A stretch of DNA of 64,000 nucleotides, from the NCBI GenBank assembly GCA_951406725.2, contig OX597820.1, positions 61,876,001 to 61,940,000 on the forward strand, written 5' to 3'. The stretch is from Octopus vulgaris. Its lineage: Eukaryota. Below are positions 1 to 12,850 of the stretch, in pieces. Positions within the stretch are counted from its first letter, which is position 1; every line of letters begins with the position of its first letter. A model generated the notes under the pieces. It searched no databases, was not told the DNA's origin, and worked only from the letters and a program-made list of their open reading frames with translations. A program made the translations under genes and the position numbers.

Positions 1-320
1 TAATGCTACTAATTATGCTACATTATGTTTTAGATTGTCCTAAAGTGTTCATTCAATTATTCCCATAAAGTGTTTTACAGAGCCATATCGCAAGCTCACC
101 AAAAGTTTTAATCTTGCTCTCGCTAAGGGTATCTGTCTCAGTCAATAGAAACACGCCGAAATGTGTTCCGACTCCAAGAAAAAGATTTCTATGCCAATAT
201 GCTGAGAATAGACTTTAAATCGTCAATCACCACATTACAATATACATTCACTATGAATACACGTCGAAGTGAAATCGAGGAAGGGAAGCTAAGAGAATTT
301 TAAAAAATTCGTTATCTCTA

Positions 321-371
321 TACTGAATCGATTTCGGGATTAATCCCACGGATTTTTCCTTCTTCAGTAGG
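321..371 (-). ncRNA. Degenerate minimal hammerhead ribozyme motif (PLE pLTR remnant)
   Basis: Minus strand reads CUGAAGA-AGGA...UCCC-GAAA-UCGA-UU; palindromic stem III (AUCGAU); stem I poorly paired. Confidence 0.5.
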
Positions 372-764
372 TAATACGATAAGAAATAAATGAAAAACTT
401 ACAAGCACCCATGAGAAAAAGCGGAAGCAAGAGTCATGTGTACACATAAGTACCCCAGCTATATCTAAATGTAAAATCCTTTAGCAGGCCTCAGCACACG
501 TGCGACTGGTCACGAACCACAACTTTGAGTGGTTACCAGTCCCGAAGTGAATGGTAATAAATTTACTTCTAATATTAGAAGCATATATATATATATATAT
601 ATATATAACCGAAGTTATTCTTGTTGCTTATTTTTGATTATAATCACCCCATGGATTTATATGGATAACACCATACAAAATTCTAGTGCATCTAACTTAA
701 GTACCATATTCATTTGAATCTAAATTTTGCTGAACTTATATATATATATATATATTGTTGTTTG

Positions 765-1060
765 TTCCTTCTCGAGCCATGCCTGGCTCTTAGGGCCGGT
801 TTCCCGGTTTCCTTGGCGTATAGGTTCCCCACCTGGACGGGACGCCGGTCCGTCGCAGGTGAGCTGCAAGTTGCAGGAGGAAAGAGTGAGAGAAAGTTGT
901 GGCGAAAGAGTCAGCAGAAGTTCGCCATTACCTTCTGCCGGAACCGTGTGGAGCTTAGGTGGTTCGCTGATAAACACACACATCGCCCGGTCTGAGATTC
1001 GAACCCGCGATCTCTCGACCGCGAGTCCGCTGCTCTAACAACTAGGCCATATGCCTCCAC
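765..1060 (-). mobile_element. tRNA-derived SINE, family C (Arg-tRNA-like head)
   Basis: Minus strand starts GGAGGCATATGGCCTAGTTGTTAGAGCAGCGGACTCGCGG with B-box-like GGTTCGAATCTC; matches copies at 10355, 48288 and 49595. Confidence 0.85.
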
Positions 1061-1289
1061 ACACACACGCACACACACACACACACACACACATATATGC
1101 ACAATCGTACAACCAATAATAATCGGAAACCTCTATACGTTTATATATAAAAGTATGTACCCATACATTTCCATACGTATGTTAGCATATTTACGTGTAA
1201 TAGCTCTGTAAGTATGTTTGAATACATGTATGTATAATGTGTGTGTATATGCTGAATTTCGCAATCTCTAATTAAAGCCGGGTACGAAG

Positions 1290-1365
1290 TCGACCTCGGC
1301 AGAATTCGAACTCATTGCTAAGCATTTTGTCCGGCGTACTAACGATTGTACCAGCTCGCCATCTT
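1290..1365 (-). mobile_element. SINE family B fragment
   Basis: gtcgacctcggcagaattcgaactc...ccagctcgcc is the reverse complement of the family B head. Confidence 0.65.
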
Positions 1366-1481
1366 AAATTGATATAATAGAATAATACTTGTATTGAGTG
1401 CTTTCGCCTTCTTTCTTTGACAAGGTAGAATATTCGTTCATAATGTATATATATATATATATATATATTGATATATATACA

Positions 1482-1519
<38 letters not shown>

Positions 1520-2339
1520 CGCACAAACACAGAATGTCACACACAAACTCGCGCAAGCATACATACTCACACACATACACATTTCCAAAAGTGACACACG
1601 TATTCAAACATACCTGTACACACATACACAACCAGCGTATAATCGCAACGATTAATCTTGTCTCGCGCTGAGTCAAGATAAGAATATATTTAAATATCGA
1701 AAACTATTTTGGCGCAGGGGCAAAAATATAGTCATTGTATTTGGGGGTGGAAAGGTACCGATAGAAGAGGTAAGCTATCCGAAGTGGTGTCTCTGTAATG
1801 TGTGTGCGGGTGGCGGAGTCGTAATAACGTTATTTACTTTATTTTTTTTTATTAGATACTTTTAAAGTAGATATTTGTTCGCTTTGTCTTAGTGATTTTT
1901 GTATGTTTTTTGCTTTAGGTGGGCGCAGTCTTTTAGTGGCTGATTATTGTTTTAAAACACTACTATTATTATTATTATTATTGTTCTTCTTCTTCTTCTT
2001 CTTCTTCTTCTTATTATTATTATTGTTATTATTGTTATTGTTGTTGCTTTATTACTATATCTGTTGATTTTCTTGTTCTGCTATTTACGTATGGAGGGGA
2101 TTTAGGCTTTCTTTGTTTGCGTGCATTTGTGTTTATGTGCGTGTATGTATGAATACATATGCACACATACCTGTGTGTATATATGTGTATGTGTGTGCGT
2201 TTGTGTGTGTGTGTGTAAGTATGTAATACATAGCGCTTATCTACGTATATATTTATATTATATATAAGCTTACTCACACATATATAAATATACACACACG
2301 CACATATATATATATAAGCGTTTATATAATTGTACACCA

Positions 2340-2374
<35 letters not shown>

Positions 2375-3225
2375 CTACATACGTACATACACAAGCACAT
2401 ACATAGACACGTGCGCGAACTTATTTATACACGCACACATAAAACATGATTGTTCTGATTAATATTCTTGCGTTAAAAGGAAGTAGATTAGAAAAAAAAC
2501 CTATAGGACAGAAGAAAACAACATCAACAACAATAACATAAATTACACATTTTTCTCTTTTAGTCTGAAAAAGTTTTATCGAACTTTCTAGATTTCTAGA
2601 ATTAACTTATTCTTATTTGTCGTTTGCTGACTTAGATGTGATTGACCAACTTATTGCTAAAATTGATTTCTTTTGATTATCGACAAAGTCTAATATTTAT
2701 TATTTGTTTTAAAGAGAAAGAAATATTGTGGAATGAAACCTCGGCAGTATATTAAGGGTAGTTATTTTCAGCCATCAGAGAGGGAAGGCTCTATGTGGCT
2801 GTCCGATCTTCTAGAAATAACAGCGAAAATTTCCCCTGAAGTCAACGTCTTAATGATGAATTAGACTCTATTGGACAGAGCAGTATTTGATACACAAAGC
2901 TTGTAGTAAATAAATATACAAGAGCGGAATGTTTTTCAAGAACGCTCATGATCAGAAGACTTCTTGAGTGATGTTGAGTGATGCTGAGTGATGCTGAGGC
3001 GGGGTTAAACGAAATAATATAAAGAACAGATTCTACTTTCGTCATTTCAAAAACGTAGAACTCAACAAGATCCGAGCTCAGAATATTGAGGTACAAAGCA
3101 AACTAGATACCGTAATGTATCTCGCCTTGTATCTTCTGTTGTTTAGCCTTAACTCTGTCTCAGTTCAGTAGATCTATGGTCAAACGCATTCCAGTTGTGG
3201 CCATCCTGTCTGTTCAATGATACGT

Positions 3226-3595
3226 GGAAGCACTCCGTCGGTTACGACGACGAGGGTTCCGGTTGATCCGAATCAACGGAACAGCTTGCTCGTGAAATTA
3301 ACGTGTAAGTGGCTGAGCACTCCACAGACACATGCACCCTTAACGTAGTTCTCGGGGATATTCAGCGTGACACAGAGAGTGACAAGGCTGGCCCTTTGAA
3401 ATACAAGGTACAACAGAAAGAGGAAGTAAGAGTGAGAGAAAGTTGTGGTGAAAGAGTACAGCAGGGATCACCACCATCCCCTGCCGGAGCCTCGTGGAGC
3501 TTTAGGTGTTTTCGCTCAATAAACACTCACAACGCCCGGTCTGGGAATCGAAACCGCGATCCTATGACCGCGAATCCGCTGCCCTAACCTCCTCC
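3226..3595 (-). mobile_element. SINE with family C head and an alternative 3' module, flanked by a 12-bp TSD
   Basis: 3420-3590 matches family C; 3226-3415 is a different tail; TSD tcaatgatacgt at 3214-3225 and 3596-3607. Confidence 0.85.
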
Positions 3596-3962
3596 TCAAT
3601 GATACGTATGAATGCATTATCTAATGTATCCTTATATTAAAAATAAATAACAACAACTGTAGTGTGTAAATTGAGAAAGATTTGGCAGATCGAGAAAACA
3701 CATAGATGATCCTTCTGTTGCTGTCAATTCCGATTTACTTTGGAAGGCGTTACGCCATGGCGATCACAGTCTTTTGGCACCTCAGGGACTAAACTCTTTA
3801 ATGTACTTTTCTATGTTTAATATGGTAGGGTGTTGAGGTAAACTTAATTACTATATACAACCACTCGAACGACGACAGCATAGAGGCTGTCTTCGTTTGT
3901 CTTGTTCATTATTTGTTCATCGTTTGTCTTGTTCATTATTGACAAGTTGTCTAGTTCATTTT

Positions 3963-3995
3963 ACATACATACACATACATACATACATACATACA

Positions 3996-4027
<32 letters not shown>

Positions 4028-4032
4028 CACAC
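3963..4032. repeat. (TACA)n microsatellite
   Basis: Direct reading. Confidence 0.95.
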
Positions 4033-4552
4033 ATGTACAGTCAGAGTGTAATGCAATTGGTGTTCTTTACTTTGGGTTAGCTTTAATCGTGTAAACTTAC
4101 GATCCAAAGGCGTTTCAGTAGTCAATAACCCGTCGTTTGTTTCTAGATATAGTGTAGGTCTTAGGTCAGGTTATCCAACGTGTATATGTATCCATGTCTA
4201 TTTTCAAAGACGACCTGGATCACATAAGACATAAGAGAAATTTGGATGTTTTCAGACTGACACACCACGTAGGGACATCTTCCCTCAGGTATTCCTTACT
4301 CTCTCGTTTTTCTTCTTCTTTTCTCATATGTCGTGTCCACTTACCCCTTCCAGGTAACACACCAATAACTTCTCTCAGGGCTTTCTTCTCTGTCCGTCAA
4401 TCTTCTGGAATATATTTCTTGTCCATGCTTTTCATGCAATTGTCCAAGTAAAGCTGTTCAGAAGAGAGAAACATTAACTGTGCAGATCTCACTGGTATCA
4501 GAGGACCTACAAAGACCAAGGGCAATGCTCCTCCAACTCACCTAAAATATTA

Positions 4553-4593
4553 CACCAACTCGCGTTTCACACATCTATGTATCCTTCAGATAA
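4553..4593 (-). ncRNA. Degenerate hammerhead motif (PLE pLTR remnant)
   Basis: Minus strand: CUGAAGG-AUACAU-AG-AUGUGU-GAAA-CGCG-AG; stem II and palindromic CGCG present; A9 and the UH site are mutated. Confidence 0.45.
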
Positions 4594-6060
4594 TAAATCC
4601 TTATTTGTTTAACTGACAAATGCCTTATATTTTAACATTTTTATATAAATCGAGAATGTTTTCGCTTTGACACACTGGGTACGATTTTATTGAAAATTCC
4701 TTCACAGTTGTTCTGTATGCCAATCACGAAAATCAAAATAATTTTTTTCTTTGAGAAAAAGGTTATAACAAATTTATGAAACTTCAAAAATACTGAAAAT
4801 TCTTTGTATAATTTTAACCTGTCAGATCCATCTATTCTCGACATTACGGAAGTTCATAATTTGTTATTTGAATATGTTCCCACAGCAACTAACTGAAAAA
4901 GTCGTAAGATTAGGATTTAGGTCAGGATTATTGTTTAGGTGTAGGTTTAAGGTTAGAGTTTAAATTTAAACTTTATGGTTAGGAATTGTAATGCATTCAA
5001 AGTTCCTTTGTAAATGTTAATTTGTTATTTCCTTTAATTTTCTTTCATTAGGTATTTTCAACTTTAAATAATTTTATAACATTTTTATTAATAATTTCTC
5101 AAAAATCAAGTTGCATTGTTTCTTTGAAATGTTGCATCTCGAAAAAAAACCCACCTCTTCACTCCAAAAGCAAAAAAAGAAGATACTTTCCATAGTGTCA
5201 GCAATGCATGTAGATTAGTTGGAATTCAAAAAAATCAGTCTTTAAATGTTCACAAAATTGTATTATTAATTTGTCCAAAAAATGGGTTGTGCGTTTAGTA
5301 TTCAGCATAAAAATCTACACATGCGCAGAAATTTTGTATAAAATCGGATCAATTGAGTCAAACCAAAAAGATCAAAAATTGAATCACGTAAGACATATAA
5401 AAATACGTGGACTACTCAAACGGGTTGTTAATACAAGAGAGATAATTATTTCTTGATATTATTTGGCGGGTTTAGAAGCTTGAATTTAAAATTAAAGTAT
5501 AAGAAAAAAGATGCATAGAATATACAACCTAATTTTTTTGCTTACTTATAATGAAGTTCTTAAAATTTTTTAATTAGTGATAATCAAGCACTACTTCATT
5601 CTTTTTAGAAATCATCAGTATGTCCAGATATGTAAATTAAGCATTTTATAAACCGTGACCTTTCTTATTGATAGGAAATAATTACAGTCGGGAAGAAATT
5701 CTTGGAATGTATGGTTTTCTTTTCTTTTATTCTTCATAGATCGTTTGTAGCTCAGCAATCGAAAAAGTTCTTGGTGTCTACATGCAGGGTAACTGTTTCC
5801 AAAGAGTTCTACCTTTGTACGTTGGTCTTATATTAGCTAATGTTTTAGTTTTAGCAACAAAAATTACTGAAACCGGTTTCGATAAATTCTTTCAGGTGTA
5901 AATGTCGGCTTGGAGCTGCTACTTCATAGTAAGAATCCTTCTTCACGGAGTGAGAGAGACATATCTTTGTAAACATAACACCTCTACTTTTCGTCAACAG
6001 TCTGGATGAATCTTTCTGAATTCACAAACCGAGAAAAAATATTTATAAATAATTCTTTTA

Positions 6061-6582
6061 TTCTTTTATTGTTTTACTCGTTTCAGTCATATGACTGCGG
6101 CTATGCTGGAGCACCGCCTTTAGTCGTGCAGGACTTATTCATTGTAAGCCTAGTACTTATTCTATCGGTTTCTTTTGCTGAAGCGCTAGTTTACGGGACG
6201 TAAACACACCAGCATCGGTTGTCAAGAGATATTGGGCGGGGAAAAACACAGACATATACACACACATACATATATATACACATATATTCGACAGGCTTCT
6301 TTGAGTTTCCGTCTACCAAATCCACTCACAAGGCTTTGGTCGATCCGAGGCTATAGTAGAAGGCACTTGCCCAAGGTGCCACACCGTGGGACTGAACCCG
6401 GATCCATGTGGTTGGTAAGCAAGTTGCTTTATTTTATCAAATTTGCCATAGAGGCAGTACATAGATGGGTAGCTTTGTGAGATGGACAAGACATTGATGA
6501 GGCGAATGATAATAATAAAGTTGATAAAAATGGAAGAAGACAGAAAGCGCTTGCTACTTACCACATAGCTACTCCTGCACCT
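6061..6582 (-). mobile_element. tRNA-derived SINE, family A, interrupted by a ~130-bp insertion
   Basis: Matches family A copies at 11835, 56338 and 62400 (internal TA/CA microsatellite, GTAAAAGA-type tail); foreign sequence at ~6423-6552. Confidence 0.9.
6423..6552 (+). mobile_element. Probable PLE pLTR fragment carrying the 5' part of a hammerhead
   Basis: UUGAUGA at 6494-6500 ... GAAA-GCGC-UU at 6543-6552, then SINE sequence resumes. Confidence 0.55.
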
Positions 6583-7625
6583 AAAATAAATAATTCAATA
6601 AAAGAGTATATCAAGTTCACAAAGGGAAATAGATTAGTTTACCGTTTAAGACCGATTTTCGAGAAAGTTACAAGAAATGTTAAACTCCTCTTCTTTCTAA
6701 CTCTCAGTTTAGTTATCCAACAGAATCAATGAACATTCGTCCCTCGTCTTTAAAGGGTTATGTTCATAACGTTATTTTTTTCTCACCACAAGGCTCAATA
6801 ATTTATTGTATTTCCTCAACTCTCTATAGTTATTATTGATTGAAAAGGTGTCTATATCCGCTCATGACAACTTAGGCTCCTAAAACAAATGGTAAAAGCA
6901 TAGAGCGTGTTACACGCTTGTCAGTGATAATAATTGTATAACTCGATGATTTCTTCCTGATATTTACTGGTATATGATTTAAACAGTCTGAGAAAGCATT
7001 CGTGGTCCTAATTTCCCAAAAGATGAACAGGAACCAAATAAGTTATAATTTCATTTTCTCCGAGCTCTCAGGCACAGAGAAAATGAAATTTTAACCTAAT
7101 TTCTCACTAGAAGTTATAAAATCCAAGTGAGTTTGAGTGGTAGATCTAATTTACTTCCCTGCATCTGTATATTTTTCCATTCACTAACATGCAATAATCT
7201 AAATTTAATATTAATTGCAATAGACTCATCGAATCACTTCTGTCCCACAGTTTAACGGGAGCCTCAAAGGTTATAGACAGCTCCACTTCTTTTCTATACT
7301 CGTTAATAAAGATAGGGGTCGCTGATTTATGATTAGTTACTCTGGCCTGAGGTTAGTCGATAATCAAGTTGATAAACAAGTAGTGGTTGTTTAATCCCAG
7401 ACAAACCTCACTTGAGCAGAGTTATGAAAAAAGGGATTCTAGCCAGAACTATACTGTCTTTTTATAAAGTGCCTCATTTAATAATGATATTTTAGGGAAA
7501 TTTACTGCTATTAATAAAATGTCAAGAGACTAAATAGGAGTCTTTCCTTTGATGACGTTTGTTTATAAAAAAGTTAGTTTTTGTTTTTGCAAGTGTTGTT
7601 GGTGTTATTATTTCACCTTAGATAA

Positions 7626-8045
7626 AGGTAGCAAGCTGGCAGAATCGTTGGCCCACCTGGTAAAACGTTTAGCAGTATTTCGTCTGCCGTTACGTTTTGA
7701 GTTCAAATTCCGCCGAGGTCGACTTTGCCTTTCATCCTTTCGGGGTCGATAAATTAAGTACCAGTTACGCACTGGTGTCGATGTAATCGGCTTAATCCCT
7801 TTGTCTGTCCTTGTTTGTCCCCTCTATGTTAAAACCTCTTGTGGGCAATAAAGAAATAAGAATCGTTGGCACGACTGGTAAAATGTTTTGTGGCATTTCG
7901 TTCGTTTTTACGTTCCTCGGAGGCCGACTTTACCTTTCATCCTTTTGGGGTCGATAAAATAAGTAACAGTTGAACACAGGTGATGTAATCGACTTACTTC
8001 CTATTCCGAAATTGCAGGTCTTATGCCAAGATTTGAAGCCATTAT
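7626..8045 (+). mobile_element. SINE family B (two-unit form)
   Basis: ggtagcaagctggcagaatcgtt...gaggtcgactttgcctttcatcctttcggggtcgataaattaagtaccag; core occurs twice. Confidence 0.85.
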
Positions 8046-8424
8046 TTAACCATAGAACAGGTTTGATCAAATAAACGCAAAATGAAAACCGTCCTAGCCA
8101 TGACTATCACGCTTTTTTCAGCCATATTTATAGTATATTATTCAATGCCTCCACCATTTACAAATAACGATGATTATAAAGTGTAATTTGACGGAGATTT
8201 GGTTGCTATTGTTTCTAGCAGGTCGACTGACCACCTAGAACCCCTCTTTTTGGCATATTTATCAGAACATTTGCCTATCATGAGGCAGTTTAATTCGATT
8301 AGCGAACAAAACATTTTTCTTTATTGTGTCTTTGTGAAATGCCTGGAAATCACTACTCTCTACATTTTATCCCTTAAAAATTCAGGTTTCTTAAGTAAAT
8401 AAATAATGTATTTTCTTCTTTTAT

Positions 8425-8464
<40 letters not shown>

Positions 8465-8543
8465 TTTTAAAAAGGACCTACTGTTTACGTCCAGTGTAAT
8501 TTCCGATAATCTCCCTGTGCTACACTTCGTTCCTTTTCACACA

Positions 8544-8548
<5 letters not shown>

Positions 8549-8621
<73 letters not shown>

Positions 8622-8640
8622 CACATCACACTCTCTCTCT
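8549..8640. repeat. (CA)n/(CT)n microsatellite
   Basis: Direct reading. Confidence 0.95.
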
Positions 8641-8919
8641 CACACATACTCAACTGCAAAAGTAAACAATCAAAAGTGCAGATACACGCACATACACATA
8701 TTTCTCCTGACACATATTTTATTGATCGCGGGTTTTTTCATTTTATTTCTTCTTCCTCAACACCAAAGTTCTATAACATACTAAACCAAACTATTCATGT
8801 TGTTTCTATGTGGGCTTCATATCTTCCTTAAAGGTGATAGAACAGGAGAAAGAAGTAGAAACAGCATAGTCAGTGAATACAAGACTGAATCTGAAAGAAA
8901 CACTGACGTATGTAAATAT

Positions 8920-8991
<72 letters not shown>

Positions 8992-10354
8992 ATACACACA
9001 CACACGCACACATACACACAAGGAATAAAGGAGAGAGAGAGTGAGAGAGAGAAGAGAGAGAATAAAAAGAAATATAAAAGACAATGGAAAGACGGAAACA
9101 AAATGTACATTTGGAAAATTTCTCTTTGATGTCGATGAAGATATTCGCGATCTTTTCGAAAAGACGTAATAAATACAATTGCTCATACTAAACGCTTTAT
9201 TTCCTTTGGCCAAACACAATAATTCTTTTAACACTAATTTCCACTCTATTGAATCTTCATGTCTGTTAAGGAGTAGAAGTTTTGAAAAAAAAAGCTCCCC
9301 TCCCCTCCCCACTCCAAACAATAACAACAACAACAGCAACATCAAAATCACCCGAAAGAACAAAAGAAAAAAAAAATTAAACAAAAGATAGCGAGAGAGA
9401 AAAAAAAAAAATGAAACGAAACAAAAATACATTAAACAATATTTATTTTTGTGTTCTTTGGAAATCATTCGATCTTTTGTTCCTCTATACTCCTCTTTCT
9501 TCAAACATAAGATAGCATTTTTTTTTATTGATTGATAACCACGCAGTTCCTCATTGAAAACCATTTCTTCTGCTAACCACACCCCACCCCCTTTACACAC
9601 ATTTTTCACGACAATTCTAAAACGAAAGAAAAAAGGTATTGATTGGAATTATCATCATTACTATAACAGTAATTTTTATTATAACAGTAATTATTATTAT
9701 TATTGTTGTTGTTGTTGCTGTGGCGGTGGCTGTTGTTGTTGTTGTTGTTGTTGTGGTTGTTGGTGTTGCTACTGTTGTTCTTGTTATTTAAAGACTACAG
9801 ACATGATGCTTCGAGCTCCACGCATTTTGGCATGCTAGTTAGGATAAAGCAATGGAGAGTGAAAAATGTTTCTGCATTTGCGGTTTTATTTATTTTTTTT
9901 TTTTACCTTGTTCATATGGTTGTTGTTTTGTTTTGTTTCGGAAATTAAAGTACCAAAGAACTGTAACAGTAGATTAGATTATTAACAGGGTTTGCTCTGG
10001 TGAATGCCTTGCTATTTTCTTTTGTCGCCTAGCTGACTGACATTGCTGGTGAGTTAGAGTGAGAGAAAAAAAAACAAAAAAAAACAGAAGAAAAAGAAAA
10101 ATACTGTGATAGTTACTCCAGTTTATTGTCGAAAGATGAAATCACTTTTGACACGCCAGGTTATTGGAAAGAGCCAAGTAGCTTGGTTGTAATTCTAATG
10201 CGAACGCCTTGTTACACAGCCACAATGCTAGTTGATGTCAATAACAACACATACAACAGCACAACACAAGATGCCCAATGTGACCGTATGTGGAAGTGAA
10301 ACTTTCTAGAAATAGCAATCAAGGTCCTCTCAAAGCATAGTTAATTGGGAGAAA

Positions 10355-10686
10355 TTTATTCTTTATTTATGCGCCCTTTTCAAGCGTAGCCAAGCTCATG
10401 GACCCGGTTTCCCGGTTTCTATGACGTATGTGTCCCCCCGACCACCCACCAGCTAGACGGGACGCCAGTCCAACGCAGCGTTACTCAAGAAACAGGAAGA
10501 AAGAGTGAGAGAAAGTTGGGGCGAAAGAGTACAACAGAGGTTGCCACCACCCCCTGCCGGAGACTCGTGGAGCTATAGGTGTTTTCGCTCAATAAACACA
10601 CACACAACGCCCGGTCTGGGAATCGAAACCGCGATCCTCCGACCGCGAGTCCGCTGCCCTAACCACTGGGCCATTGCGCCTCCACA
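10355..10686 (-). mobile_element. Full-length SINE family C with 12-bp TSD
   Basis: A/B-box-like head; TSD aattgggagaaa at 10343-10354 and 10687-10698. Confidence 0.9.
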
Positions 10687-10809
10687 AATTGGGAGAAAGC
10701 ATATTCAATAACACCAGTCTAGATGCATACTGTTTGAAAATGAGTTAGAAGAAAGGTTGATCAAGACTTGAATGCTTTTGATCATAAGTTTACTCATCGA
10801 AAGCTCTCT

Positions 10810-11150
10810 TCCACCAGGAACGCTACGGTAAAATGTGAAAAATAATCCATCAATACTGACCAGATCATGCTGGTATCAAGTTCACAAGTCATCCAAAGTT
10901 TGGTCCAAGAACCATGGGTTTCCTACAAAATCGAACTCACATCATTTAACATTGTGACATAACATTCTATCTCAACTGGTCCTGTATTATTCAAATTTAT
11001 TCTGGAAGAAATCAAAGAGAAAATGACTCCTAAAATATTCAAACAGTACCTGGACAAATTTCTCCTAGAAATATACAGAAAAAAAAAAGACACAGTTCCA
11101 ACATCCAGATATATCTTGGCAAAGAACTATCTTCTCGAATGAGCTATAAT
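10810..11150 (+). mobile_element. CR1/L2-type LINE 3' ORF2 remnant
   Basis: Translates to GPVLFKFILEEIKEK...FKQYLDKFLLEI, like the CR1 C-terminal GP.LFN.LP...FK..LDKFL..IPD motif. Confidence 0.6.
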
Positions 11151-11541
11151 GTTCAAAAACATGAAATGTGGTGTAAGCTAATATTGGCAAAATCCTGTGT
11201 CTGATCGATTGGAGGTAGTGCAGATTTTCTCAATCAAAGCTCTCCGGAACTACTGGGTCGCGGTTTACCTGAGTCTGTTTATTCAGACTGGTAGTAATAA
11301 ACACACTTCTAGTGCAAACAACATTTTGCCGAGACATTTTTTCCTACGTCTCTTCGGAAAGAGTGTATAAGCACTAACAATTACTGAAGTCGATACGAGA
11401 TACCATGCGTTCGCTCAACCTTATAGAAATAGCGGTCTAGTCTTTCTCATGATGGTGTTGGATAATTATCAATTGGATAATTATCAAAACACCTCAGAAA
11501 CATACACAATAAAACTTTGAACAATGCTGTTCTAGATATAA

Positions 11542-11759
11542 AAAATAAATGCACCCTTTTAAAGCCTAGCCAAGCTCATGGGCCCGGTTTCCCAGTTTCC
11601 CAGTTTCAATGGTGTATGTGTTCCCAAGCTGAGTGGACAGGAGCAACGTGAAATAAAGTGTTTTGCTCAAGAACACAACGCGTCGCCCGGTCCAGAAATC
11701 GAAACCACAATCTTACGATCATTATGCTGACACCCTAACCACTAAGCCACGCGCCTCCA
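11542..11759 (-). mobile_element. CORE-like tRNA SINE (family D) with ~15-bp TSD
   Basis: tRNA head, then gttgtgttcttgagcaaaacactttatttcac, then a family-C-like tail; TSD ctgttctagatataa at 11527-11541 and 11760-11774. Confidence 0.85.
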
Positions 11760-11834
11760 CTGTTCTAGATATAATTAATCTAAACAAAATACCATAGTAA
11801 CAGCTGAACCATGTTAATCATAGATCTATTGGAC

Positions 11835-12287
11835 TTACTCTTTTACTCTTTTTACTCTTTTACTTGTTTCAGTCATTTGACTGCGGCCATGCTGGAGCAC
11901 CACCTTTAGTCGAGCAAATCGACCCCGGGACTTATTCTTTGTAAGCCCAGTACTTATTCTATCGGTCTCTTTTGCCGAACCGCTAAGTGACGGGGACGTA
12001 AACACACCAGCATCGGTTGCCACACACACATACACATATATACATATATATACACATATATACATATATATACACATATATACATATATATACACATATA
12101 TACATATATATACGCATATATACGACAGGCTTCTTCCAGTTTTCGTCTACCAAATCCACACACAAGGCATTGGTCGGCCCGGGGCTATAGCAGAAGACAC
12201 TTGCCCAAGATGCCACGCAGTGGGACTGAACCCGGAACCATGTGGTTGGTTAGCAAGCTACTTACCACACAGCCACTCCTGCGCCTA
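11835..12287 (-). mobile_element. SINE family A, near full length
   Basis: Reverse complement of 62400-62810; internal microsatellite expanded to a 20-bp unit (tacacatatatacatatata) at ~12030-12122. Confidence 0.9.
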
Positions 12288-12489
12288 TGAGGTTTTTAGT
12301 CTTGACTGTATTATATGTTACAACTTCCCAATAACGAAAGGGTGGATATGAACTCAGAACGTACAGGAAGGTAACTAAAAACTATGAGATTATTAGTGCT
12401 TAGCTCCCTGTCAACATTGATCAACAGACGTATGATCAAAAGCATTCCAGTAGTGATGCTGAGGTTTAATATTCCTTTCTACTATAGAG

Positions 12490-12850
12490 ACACAAAGCCT
12501 GAAATTATTGGGGGAGGGAAAATCGATTGAATTAACTCTAGCACTCGACTGGTACTTATTTTATCTAACCCCAAAGGATGAAATGCAAAGTGGGCCTCGA
12601 CAGAATTTGAACTCAGAACGTAAAGACGAAAGAAATGCAGCTAAGCCTCTTACACGGCTTGCTAATGGTTCTGCCAACTCGCCGCCTAAATCTTTTCTAC
12701 CAAGCCTGAGCTTTTGGGTAGGTACAGTAGTCGATTACATCAGGTCCGTGTTCAACTGATAGTGGTTCCACTTCGGTGGAACTTGAACTCAGAAGCAGAA
12801 GGCGGATTAAATGCCGCTAAGCATTTTTGTTCGGCCAGCTAGCCATTCTG
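12490..12850 (-). mobile_element. SINE family B, two diverged units
   Basis: ctggtacttatttt...aaggatgaaa...gaatttgaactcagaacg motifs. Confidence 0.75.

Noticed and set aside
9554-9948. Cys-rich metallothionein-like ORF and Leu-rich signal-peptide-like ORF
   Set aside because: Both are frames of a (TGT/TTG)n trinucleotide tract with no other coding evidence.
10610-10686. tRNA-Arg(TCG)-like gene (also at ~990-1058 and 48290)
   Set aside because: These are SINE heads, continuous with the SINE body and flanked by TSDs.
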